NCBI GenBank assembly: GCA_043228905.1
Contig: JBHGNT010000015.1
Location: 10,354,001-10,418,000 of the forward strand
Direction: 5' to 3'
DNA from: Azolla caroliniana
Lineage: Eukaryota; Plantae; Polypodiophyta
Length of the DNA: 64,000 bases
The notes below the pieces were generated by a model, which was not told the origin of the DNA, made no database searches, and saw only the letters and a program-made list of their open reading frames with translations. A program made the translations under genes and the position numbers. Shown one piece after another: positions 23,770 to 35,800 of the stretch. How positions within the stretch are numbered: position 1 is the first letter of the stretch; the number at the start of each line of letters is the position of its first letter.

Positions 23770-24777
23770 TATCGTAAAGATTTTCGCCAACAGTATGAAA
23801 ATTGAATGGAATGTACAAAATCGAGTGTGGTTCTTCACACACAACATAAAACAATAATAGTGAAGATACTATTTTATACTAGTTTAATATCTTGGTACAA
23901 AAAGATGGAGGTCGTCAAGAGCTTTTAAATACACTTAAGTTATGTGGGTATGAATTTTGCGAAGAAGTAGAGAAAAAAAAAAACTATGAAATATCCCACA
24001 TAGACAGGATAAATAAGGATCCCAGAGTATATAAGCAAGGCCAAAATCTATTATTTTGTGTTTATGAGTGGATCATAGAATCAATTACTTTGTGTTTATG
24101 AGTATATAAGCAGGGCTAAAATCATAGGATCCGCCGGCGAGGTGGTGACGGACAAGAATGGATCGGGATCAGATTGAACTGGTTGGGACAGATGGATCGG
24201 TCGGTTGATCGCGGTGCATGGTGTTTTGAAGATTTTCGTTGTAAATACAAGACTAAAAGCCTAGTAGTATTTTGTGTTTTAAAAGGGATGTGAGCAAGGC
24301 TTGAACCTTGCACCTCCAAGTTGAAAGTCAATAGGCTTACCACTAAGTCGAGTCATATCTTCAAAAGCTTTTAACATGTAAATTCTTATACATGAAAGCT
24401 TGAATGAGTGACATGGTTATCATGTAACACATGTAATACATGAGCGCCAAATGGCAAACATGCATCTCATGCATGTCTTGCACCCTCACAAGCATCATGT
24501 GGATGGGGGCATCTATAAAAGAGTGGATGGAGAGGGACAACGGGCTAGGTATTAATCAAGAAATGAAGGGGAAGAAAATTCGTTATCCCATTTTTGGGAT
24601 GTATTAATCTTGTCTCTCAATCTAAAGTCAAGCGTTCTATCTTATCTCAATCTCTCTCTCTTTCAATCTATCTTAAATAATTTCTCGCTAAAGCTAGTAC
24701 AAACTTCGAATCCTTCTGGTCCAGAACCTTAGCGGTTCCACCTCACGATCTACACGTAGTGATGGATCTTCACAACA
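23770..24777 (+). repeat. 3' LTR of gypsy element
   Basis: TATCGTAAAG...CACAACA; visibly diverged from the 5' LTR, with substitutions and indels. Confidence 0.9.
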
Positions 24778-25814
24778 CCGACAAGACTCAACCACCACAC
24801 TTGTTCCCTTGTGAATACATGTTGCGAGAATACATTCGATTTGTTGGGCCACATTTACCAAATTATAGGTGGAATACAATGAACTACATCCACATACCAT
24901 TTGGAGGACCATCTTCCTTGAATGTTGCATCCCCTGTATGGGGTCAAACTGAGGATGAGAAACCACCATTGGTTGGTCCAACCTCTCCCCACCCTTAGAA
25001 TTGTCCGATGTACAACTTCTGCTTTGTCTTCTCATGAAAACCCTAGAACCAAAGCATTGATTAGTGTACATGCATCACTTTTCATGACCACTAGCAATAA
25101 AAAATTATTCGTCACATATCTCCCTTCACTTGGATCTATGTCAACCCTATCGCAATCAAACCACTCTTTGTGCTTGGACCTAGCAGCCATCTATACAATC
25201 AAGCAAAAGCAATAATCATAACTCTTCCAATACAATAGGACTTTAGGTAATAGAAAAAATGTTCCAATAAAAGATGAAGGTGTTTATGTTTCCCATGTAG
25301 ATATATGCAGTTACACACTTTTCATCCAACTTTACTAACTACTCAAAAGCCCACCTCCCAAGCTCTACATTTAACCATTTCTGGCAAACACCTAAAAGAT
25401 CCAACCATAAATGAAGACAATTAGATGGTGACACCTTCTCAATAACCACCATTGGTTTTTCGAAATGCCCTACATGGCTGAAACCTAAACATTCTCCATA
25501 TCATTAAAAAACATAGCATGTAAGCATAGTGTTCTAAAGTAGGTTCGAGACAGTAAAAATTCTCTATATCATTAAAAGCATTTGTCCTGTTTCAGAACCA
25601 TTTTCATAAAATATATGATTTCCAGTATGAAAAATCTACAAAAAAAGTGGAAACAAATAAAATACCAACCTGTGAAGTAACTAGGTGGCGATGAAGATGG
25701 TGTTCTGAATGGATGTCGACGGTTGGCTAGCTTATTTTGGTTTTCCCTCAACAAAACCCTGAAAGTCTTGTTTAAAAAATGTGACAAAATGATAGGTTTC
25801 AGGGTTTTATATGG

Positions 25815-26095
25815 CTTGGTTAGGTGACCACAATTGGTTGGACGACCGAGCTTGCAATAAGTGGGCGATTACACTTGGTTAGGCGACCATATTTGGTTGG
25901 CCGACCGAGTTGGTGATAGTTGGGCGACCAATTTTGGTTGGGTGACCGAGCTGGTGATATTTAGGCAACTTACAAGTAGTTGGGTGACTAAAGGTGTGAG
26001 TTGGGCGGCTACAAACAACTTTTTCATTTGTGCATTTTGTTTTATCCAAATTGGCGGTGTAGATCGCACACAACCTCAACTCGGTGACCTGCATT
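25815..26095. repeat. Array of short degenerate TTGGGYGACC(GAG) repeats, probably subterminal repeats of an unclassified TE
   Basis: About 10 imperfect copies visible. Confidence 0.6.
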
Positions 26096-26198
26096 GTCCG
26101 TGGTCATGATTCCCTCACTTGGCCCATTTATGATTTAGATGCAAATACACACGTCGCAAGAATCGAGATGTATGTGTATGCAATGTGCATAATACATA

Positions 26199-26200
26199 TG

Positions 26201-26286
<86 letters not shown>

Positions 26287-26936
26287 TTAACGTCTTCTAA
26301 GACCAAAATTGGCCCATGAGGCAATTGGTTTACAATAAAAATGGGGTATTTACGCAGTCATCGAAAGTAAAAAATAAAAATAGAAATAGAACTTAAGCTA
26401 AAGAGTTTTAGCAAAAAAAACATGTTCTATAAGGAAATGGCTTTATACTAGACCTAGTTTCATTTCCATCCAAGTCTCTCGAAAAGAAGTGAGAGGTCAA
26501 AGGGTTTCGATGTGGAGGTGGCCCGTGGTCCCAATGTAAAAGATACCACAACCATAACTGCTAGGTGGCGTAGCTCACGTTCCCTTATCTTCTTAATTGT
26601 TACTACTCCACGTCGAGTTGCTTTGAAGCCCGACATTCGAGGGCGTTTGGTTGTTCTTTGCATTTCTGCTTCATCAAGAGAGAGCCCGAGTGGAGTAGGT
26701 GTGTCCACATTCATCGTCTCCCCTTGTTCTTAAAAAATTATATTAGTTACCTATTGGTGAAAATATTAAAATGAGTATGGTTAACATTTGTAGTTTTTTT
26801 CCTCCTTATGTTGTTTTAGCTCTAAGATATACCTACCTAGTCTCTTTATATTCGGGGGTTATCTAATACATAGTTTGGAGGGGGCCGTAGTATGTATGCC
26901 TTAGTATTTCGCCCTTTTTATCTCGGCATAAGTTGG

Positions 26937-26997
<61 letters not shown>

Positions 26998-27021
26998 AGG
27001 TGCCTGAATTGAAGAAAGCAT

Positions 27022-27073
<52 letters not shown>

Positions 27074-27101
27074 TAAATGTGTCTAAATTGAAGAAAGCAT
27101 G

Positions 27102-27184
<83 letters not shown>

Positions 27185-27232
27185 TGTGTGTGTGTGTGTG
27201 TTTTGTATGCAGAGAGAGAGAGAGAGAGAGAG
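26199..27232. repeat. Compound (TA)n/(GA)n/(GT)n microsatellites (26199-26286; 26944-27232)
   Basis: Directly visible; the unit GAGATAAA.GTG.CT.AATTGAAGAAAGCAT is duplicated between tracts. Confidence 0.95.
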
Positions 27233-27289
27233 AAGAAATGCCTTGTAAGAAGAAGAGGAGGAGGAGGAGGAGGCATGGCTACATCAACA

Positions 27290-30200
27290 TAATTGGGAGA
27301 GTGCTATAACATTTTTCTTCTACCAACAATTCAGATGTCATATTGTTGATTCCAAGTTAATTATCATCCTATTATTTTTCTTTTAGTTCTAATTGGAACG
27401 TAGAATCTATGGAAGAGATGGATACATGTATAAATGCAAGAAAAATACAAAGCCAAAGGGAAGAAGGAGAAGATGATGTTATTGTGAAGAAACAAAATAT
27501 TGGAACTAATAATATGCATGGGGAGGATATAGATATGTTATCAAAACCATCTTATGCACATGTTATGGGTGAAAGTGAGGAGAAGAGGAATGATCATTAC
27601 TGGGAAGTTATGCATGTAGTTGCCAATGAAGCTCTCCATGAGATTTTACCAGATGATATAGAGATGGTGGCCAACATAGAAGAGGATGAGATCGTAGAGG
27701 TGGAGATGCCACGTAGGGAAATTTTAAAGGCGTTTTCCATGTTTCATGAGAGAGGCATTATTTTCTTCTTTACGGGAAAAATTCCTTTGGTACATTGGGT
27801 GGTTCAATGGTTAAATGCAATGGTAGGTGGAAACAATGTGGAACATGTGTATAAAGGTCCGCGAGGTTTTTTTGAGGTGGTGTTTCAAACCGAAGAACAA
27901 CGAGATAGATATTATCATGTGTGCCATTCTTTTATGTATAATAGTAATTTACTCTATATTGTCCCTTGGTGGCCGCTAGCTGAATTTCAAGAAATTTCAA
28001 GTAATTTACTCTATATTGTCCCTTGGTGTCCAATATGGGTGGAAGTAGAGTGTAAATTTTCTTTTTTGTGGCCCATAATTCAAGGTGTAATGGAGCAATT
28101 GGGAAAGGTAATAGTAGCTCCAAATGCCAAAGCATATAACAGATATAAGTTATGTATGTTGTGGAATACAACTAAAAAGAGACCTTTGTGGCTAAACATA
28201 AAAACTAAAGAGATGAGGTCATTCCATTGCCAACTGTATTGGGGATCATTTGCCGGTCATTGCTTCCGATGTGGTGGTTTGGGCCATTTCATGGCAGAAT
28301 GTCCACAAACACCGGTAGTAGAGATGAATAATACTTCCCATGGTGATGTGTTAATTCTAGAGTATGTCACAAATGACAATGAGGTGCCGAAAACTAAGGA
28401 AGCAAATGTCGACAAAGGTAAAGGTGTCGCTATTTTGGAACATAAAGACAAATATATTGAAGAAAGAAGACAAGACTTAATAGATGATGATGGGCTCTAA
28501 GGTCAATCATCGAAGGCACCAAAAAGAGAAAGTTCATGAACATCATGGCCAAGAGAGGGGTAATTCCTGTAAAGATCCTATGGGGGTGTCTTATGCACCT
28601 AATTATGATCAATTGAGAAGAAGGTCAAAACCGTGGCAAGGTTCACCGTATCAACAATCTAGTCAAGGGACAAAACCTTTCAACCTTAGGTTTGATAAGA
28701 ATGGTAAAATCAATTTACCATTAGAAAATCAAAATTGGAAAAGAAATAGTTCACGGGGTACAATGATATCCACCAATAGACATCCACCATCTGTGCAAAA
28801 TGCATTTGCAGTTTTAAGTGATTACTTCGGGGATATACCCAAGATATTGGCATAACGGGAACGTGAACAGGCCAACAAACATCCTAATTAGTGATTCATG
28901 AAAATAGTCACATGGAATGTAAGGGGAATTTGTTCTTCGTCTAAGCGATATAGTATGTGGAAAACTGTTTTTATTAGTCAATGGGATGTATTATGTGCAG
29001 TAGAACATAAGGAGCATGCTAAGTCTAGGTCTTCTCTTCAGTATAAGCAATATCATGTGTTTTATGCCAGAGTCATTGGAGGGTTGTATTCGGGCATAAT
29101 GCTTATTGTAAGGGACAACTTGAAACCAATAGTGGTTCAAAGAGATGTTCATGGTCGGTTCTTGGTGGTTGAAGTTAATTACGAAGGGAATAAGATTTGG
29201 GTGGTAGGTATTTATGCACCAAATGTTGCAGGGCAACGTATCAATCTTTGGAGAGCTTTACATCAAGTTTTATGCCATGGAAGAGTAGGTTTTTTGTTAG
29301 GTGATTTTAACATGTGTTCAGAGGTGGGTCAATCTACTTTGATGCATGGCCTCATGGATGCTCTTGAACGAGAGGTGTATGACTATGCAAGTGTATAGGG
29401 GGATTGGATTATCAGATCACTTCCCGGTTGTGTTGGACTGCACACATCAAACTATGGATTATTTTAGATTGTTATTGGGGAAACAACCATTGCGGTTTAC
29501 TTCATCTTTTCTTGGACATAATAACTTTAAACATGCTATGGGACAATTGGTGGAAGAGTTAACTAGACAAGTCAATGTTCATGGTCTTTCATCATGGGAT
29601 GTTTGTTTCTCTAATATTCAACGCTTTACACGATATTATGGAATTCATCAAGCATCCATCCGTAAACAAAAGATGAGTTTAATCCAACAATTTCTAGACA
29701 GATGTAATGCATTGTTAGTGAAATGTCCATTTGATGATGTGTTGTTGGCTATTCAAGAGACATTGTCACATGCTTTACAAGTATTAGAGGTTTGTAGTTA
29801 TCAACAATCATTGGTGATGGGCTATGAAAAATGAAGTACATGATCGCAATTGTCATCCACATAAGTTTTTCCATGGGTTGCATGCATCTCATGCTAGGAT
29901 GAATGTGGTATGCATAGAGATTGATGGAACTTTAAATACAAACCCACAGGTGATTATTGATGAGTGTGTTAAGCATTTCAAGAATCTTTTTGGGCATGAA
30001 GGTAATCTAAATGATGACATAACACAAGCGAGATCAATGTTCTTTAACTCAGTTACAACGATTGGTGGGCAACATGTCATGTTGGCCTTGGAGGAGGATA
30101 TACAAGAGGAGGAGGTCGAATATCTATTGTCACATCTCTCAGTTGATAAAAGTCCGGGTTGTGATGGCATTATGAATGAGTTTTTTAAAGCATTTGTACA

Positions 30201-32690
30201 AACACTCAAAGGTCCTCTAACAATGTTATTCCAAGAAGTGTGGAGTTCTAGTAAAATGCTTGATTCATGGAAAATAGGCTTGGTTAAGCTTATACCAAAA
30301 GTTGCATCTCCTATGTCTTTTGCTCATTGGAGACCGATATCATTAATGGGTGGGTTGTATAAGATTTGTGCCAAAGTAATTGCAAATAGACTTCAAAAGG
30401 TATTGTTGTCTGTGGTTCATCCAATGCAATATGGGTTTATTAAGGGAAGGGATATCTTGCATAATATTTTGAATGTGCAAATGGCAGTGGATTTTGCAAA
30501 AGAATCCAAACAGCAAATTGTAATGACACAACTAGATATCGAGAAGGAATATGATCATGTAAGTTGGTCTTTTATTACTCAACTCTTGTACCATATGGGT
30601 TTTGGGGAAAGGATGTCTCGCATCTCCTTGTTGGTGGGATTAGGTGCAGTGTCCCACATTATGTTAAATGGTGGAGTAACTAAAGCAATACCATTGGCAA
30701 GATCACTTCGACAAGGATGCCCATTGAGTCCATTGTTATTTGCAATTGTGACACACCCCATATTGGTGAAGATGCATGAGTTGGCAACATGTGGGGAAAT
30801 AGTTGGACTAGCTTTGCCATCAGGGAAACAATTGATAGCTCAGGCATTGGCTGATGATTCGTTCTTATTTCTCAAAGCAGTACCTGATAATATAGAAAAG
30901 TCATGGAGGTGTGGAATGTGTTTGCATTGGCGTCAAGATTACATATAAATATGCGAAAGTCGATGCTCATTAGATGCATAGAGAGTGATTTGGTTGATCT
31001 TGGATGGTGTGGCCAAATATTGGATCAAGGCAATGTGTGTCAGCACTTAGGTTACCCTATTGGTGTTGATATCTCAACGTCTCAAAGTTTGAATTGGATA
31101 TCAGGGACCATTTTAGACAAACTTATGTATTGGAAGTCTCAAGCATGGCCATTTAGTACTCGTCTCAAAGTGGTACACGCTATAATGATTCCAATGATTT
31201 CTTATTTTTTGCCATTATTACCTTGGACAAAGAAATCACTTGATCAATTAGCTCATTCACTTAAATATACATTGTGGAAGAAAGAATCAAGATTGGGTAT
31301 GACTTGGGTATCATGGAACAATACTTGTACTCCAAAACGGTTAGGGGGAGTTGCATTACTAAATTTGGAGGATCATATGGTGGCTCAAAGATTCAATATG
31401 TTAAAAGGTATGTGCATAGGTACCCAACCTTGGGCAAAAATAATTCGTTATTTTGTGGAAAAGGTTGGTATATACCATGGGAAAACCAAGATTACAACAT
31501 CGCGGTGGCATGTTGTTAATAGTACCCGTGCATTTAAATGTTCAGAATCTATTATGGTCCAACAATTAGTGCTTTCTTGGCAACGATGCTTGAAATTATT
31601 TCATTGGAGCCCCCCTAAGCGTAGAAAAGATACTAATTCCTTGGCAGCAGAGGTATTAGCATCTTCAAGGCTTCTACATTGGGATGGAAAAGAAAGCCTA
31701 AATAAATACACAGTTTAATCGAATGGCCAAGCTGGGATTGGTAACGGTGGAAGATGGTATATTAGAGTCATGTAGGAAAATGATGGCCTTTTGGACAGTT
31801 AGAAATAAGTTTCATATACCACGTGGATATGGGTACATTTGGGAATCAATATTGGCATTGCCTAGATTAGTTTTCCCGATTCCAATGTTGGTGGTTGCGG
31901 ACCCATGGAAAGAGTGGTCGTTTGGTATTGGAGAATCGATTTTTGTGGTGAACACTAATGATGTATACCATAAGTTGGTTGCAGATAGAGCTTGGTTAGC
32001 AACCAAGGTTGTAAACCAATAGTACATTACTCGACATGCAAAGTGGTGGAGTAGAGTTTTGGATGCAGGATGTCAGTCTCATCTTCCGTTCCGTGCTAAG
32101 AAGTTTCTTTGGTGTGTGATTCTTGGTGGGTTGCCTTTGGCGATGGCTTTAAAACGTTGAAATATTTCAAATGGGACATGTTTTTTTTGCACGGTGGTTG
32201 AGAAAGATGCGAGACACAGGTTCATTACATGTTCGGTTGCTAAAGCCATTTGGGTTGTTATATCACAAATTTGGGCATCGATAACAGGCAATATTCTGTC
32301 ACCTTTTAACTGGGTTTTTATTGATGATTATAAAAGGCATGCCTGTACTATCATATAAGGTCGTGTTTGATTACCTTAGGTATTGGGGGATGTGGTTTAA
32401 TTGGACCATGAGGAATGGGTTCCTATTTGATGGACTTCATGGGGTAACACAACAACTACGTAGGATGAAAGGGAAATTGATGTGGCAATTTTTGCAACTA
32501 TGTTGTTTGGGGACGTTGTCTCGAGAGGAGATAGAGGTATGCCATCTAGTTTTGAACCACTTGAGAGAGGGTTTCCCATGCATTATCACTACTCATGATG
32601 TAGTGAACATAGTAAGGGTTGTATTATCATCTTGTTTTAATAACAAAACATTGATTTACGAAAAAAGAAAAAAAGAAAAAAAAGAGATAA
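27290..32690 (+). mobile_element. Near full-length degenerate L1-type LINE (ORF1 27409-28855; ORF2 28898-~32560)
   Basis: ORF1 with RGFFEVVF, CPIWVEV, CFRCGGLGHFMAEC; ORF2 endonuclease TWNVRG, GIYAPN, GDFN, SDHFPV; RT WRPISL, RQGCPLSP, LADD; zf-RVT CFFC; A-rich tail 32661-32692; frameshifted. 5' end approximate. Confidence 0.92.
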
Positions 32691-32715
32691 AAGGTGTCCC
32701 GTTCCGCATATGTAC

Positions 32716-32746
<31 letters not shown>

Positions 32747-32863
32747 TGTATGTATGTATGTATGTATGTATGGAGTCATACATAAAAATAAACATAAAAA
32801 TAAAAATAAAAATATAAAAATCTGTTGTTGGATGTGTGTGTCGTCGTCTCCCTGAGGCGATCG

Positions 32864-35800
32864 ATGGTGACGATGCTTCAGACTCCTCACCATGTCACCT
32901 GCTTCAGCCAACACAAGAACACGCTCTTCTCTCCCTCTCCTTTCTTTCTCCCATGTCGTCTTCTTGGAAGGTTGGTTTTGCGACTGAGAGCCCGCAACCT
33001 GGAATCAGGTACGTCCATCTCCTCTACTGCTTCTCCCACACTGCAGAGGAAGCACCGTGTGATTGTATCAAGAAGTGGCGATGACACACAAGCCATTACT
33101 GCACTACCCTTTCCTGTTAACTCTTCTCTGATAATAGACAGCTGGGGGGCCATTTACTCGGGACCAAATGGCATATCCAAGTACTGGAATTCCACCAAGA
33201 CCCACCCTTACCCTGTTGGCTTCGTCTCCGTTAAGGTATACAAAGGTCATAAATTTAAGCAAACTATAAAGGAAGGCCCAGAACATGGTCCCATGTTCGT
33301 GATTGAGGACGAAAATGGTCGCGTTTTTGTGGCTGATAGCCCTCAGAAAGTATGGAATGAAGTCACAGCTGAAGATGGGGTGCAGGTCCATGGAGGCCGA
33401 CATTTTGGGTTTCAAAGCCAGGAAGTTGTGAGGACTTTGCAAAGGATGGCTCACAACTCAGAGGTACCTGCTTTAGGTCTGGGGAGCTCTGTTTTTAGCA
33501 TGAATCTGGATAAGGTGAAGAATCAAGAACAATCATTTAAGAATGCGACATCTTCCAATGCCATGAATCAAATTATTTCTGCAGCGGAATGGGAGAAATC
33601 ACAATTTCACAATACCAATCTTCTTGTTGAGTACAGGGACCATAATGATGGTGAAGAATATGATGAGACCATCTGTGATAAAGATGCTCTTGAATGTATC
33701 ACTGGTAATGAGTCTCAAGATGCTTATCAAGAGGATCATAAGGATGACATCGACACTGATTTAGCTGATAGTGATTGTGAGGATGATGTTGATGATGATT
33801 TTGTAAGTAGACTTGTCATGAGTGATGATGAGATTGATGTGCATGATGATGACAATGATATCATGAATCTAGTTGAAGAAGAAGAAGATCATGAAGAGCA
33901 TGATAGTAAGGATGTTATTAATCTCAATAGCGAAGAAGAGGGTGAACCTCAAGATAGGCACGAAGACCTAGATTTCTCACCTTTCGAACTGTACTCAGGT
34001 CCAAGCAGGACATCTATAGAAGAGGATGATACCACTTTAAACAAAACAAGTTCCCTACTTCCTAATACTCACAAACGTTCATTTAAAGCAGGAACACGGA
34101 AATTTACATTTAAAATCACTCCATCCACACCCAACAATGAGCCTGAAAAGGATGACCCTAGATTCCATACACATAACTATACCGATCGAAATGTAATGAA
34201 CAATTCGTCTATGATAACATTGAAGCCAAAGTTGACGAGTGGTGTAGAAAAGCAGGTGTGGAGAAAAGGTGAAGGATTGACAAACCGAGGAGTTGGAAAT
34301 GCAAAGCAACATGGATCTGAAGCATTTCTGGGTGATCAAAGGAATTCTAATGAGGGAAGAAATTCAAGTGCTTCTAACTATTTTAATGGGAACAAAACAT
34401 GGGAAGCTTCTGTCTCGAGAAGGAAAGAGGAATACAGCAAGAGCTCTCATATGCTATTGGACCTTTTGCAGAAGTGGAACACTATCAATAAAGGGAGTCA
34501 AGAACCAGGGAGTAGATCTACTGGATTAGTCCAAAGGGATAGCTTTCGCTCATCGGATGATGTAAATAAAGAACATAAAAGGTCCTCACTCAACAATTTT
34601 TCTTATCAAGAACCTTCTATAGAAAACAGTTCCTTATCCAAGAGTTCTTTGCATGAACAAGTTGCAATAAATGGTTCCTCAGAACATGGAGACTCTTTGC
34701 TCAACGAGCTTAAGAATTCTGGCAACATTGATGAGAGCACAAGTGTTGCAATTAGTAAACTTTTTGAGACAGTGGGTAAGAAGGACAACGCACAAAAATC
34801 CCCACAAAATCTTGGGAAACCAGTTATGCAAGATAGTAATCCGTCGAGTCTGGAATGCAATAATCCGGAGAAGATAGTTCAGGAGCAGAGTACTGGAGCT
34901 CATGCCTTGAACTCACATACTGAGGTGATAGATGCTTTTCATGATTTACAGAACTTAGTACAAGATGAACGTAGGACATCAAACTTTCAGCAAAAGAGGG
35001 GGCTTTCTGAAGCAACAGAGAGAAAGGCTGACCCAAAACCTGCACGTTTTCCAGGAAGGATTGTTGATGAAGAGAAACATGAAACACAGGAGCGTGGAGT
35101 CGATGAGATAAAAAAACTCACAGAGTTAAGAAATCTCGTCACAAATAAGAGGTTTTTGGATGCTTTGCAGGCTCTCAGAAGCATGAAATCATCTGGAATA
35201 AGTATTGATGAGGACGTGTATGAGATTATGATGGGTTTCAAATTGGATTCATGGCAGAAACAGGTCTTTAAGCAAGTTCAGAAAGGAAATTCAGTGCTAA
35301 TTTCTGCTCCAGCGGGGGCCGGAAAATCAGCAGTTGTTGACTGTTGTATCTACAGAAATGTAATTGAGCAGCAAAGGTTATTGTTCGTTACCCCATCTGA
35401 GAGTCTTGCTGATCAGAAACTGCAGAAATATGGGAACTTATTTGGTCAGAACAATGTGGGTGGGATCTGGACAAAGATGAGAGTGCAAAAGGGTCCTCAA
35501 TTGGTTGTGATAACCTTAGAAACACTGGCAAAAATTTTACAAGAGCTGAATGGGCCGGGTGGATCAGAATTCCGATTTTTTTTTGAAGGTATCAACACAG
35601 TCATCTTTGATAAGTTTCATACATTTAGCGAGGTAAACTGTGGGTGCTTGTGGGAGGAGGTTCTGATGCTTCTTGATTCGAGAATCAAAATAATAGCAAT
35701 TTCCTTGCCAGTTGCAAATGAAGATCAGATAGCTTCGTGGATTGACATGAATCATGGGCCCTGTAAACTGGTCAGTTGCTCATCGGAAGCCATTACAAAA

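Larger units (their letters stand above)
15864..24777 (+). mobile_element. Full-length degenerate Ty3/gypsy element (non-chromovirus, Phygy/Selgy/Ylt1-like), tRNA-Trp primed, with two nested solo LTRs
   Basis: LTRs 15864-16942 and 23770-24777; PBS 16951-16968; PPT ~23758-23769; gag with CGWCDSMDHMRRDC; protease LIDHGS; RT LRFIQDLQPVN, LPQGATN, FLDDIPIKG; RNase H TVDTSPTGIGW, ETDCLP; integrase CKTC, VADRGE, NGKIERGH; many stops and frameshifts. Lineage label is tentative. Confidence 0.92.

Noticed and set aside
26460-26733. 84-aa and 73-aa overlapping ORFs
   Set aside because: No recognisable domain; cannot be supported.
26991-32699. GAGATAAA(A)GGTG as the TSD of the LINE at 27290-32690
   Set aside because: Imperfect, occurs in two variants among microsatellites, and the LINE 5' end is undefined.
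32825-32863. ORF-track start of the 1700-aa ORF
   Set aside because: It is a TTG; the first in-frame ATG is at 32864 (next at 32873).
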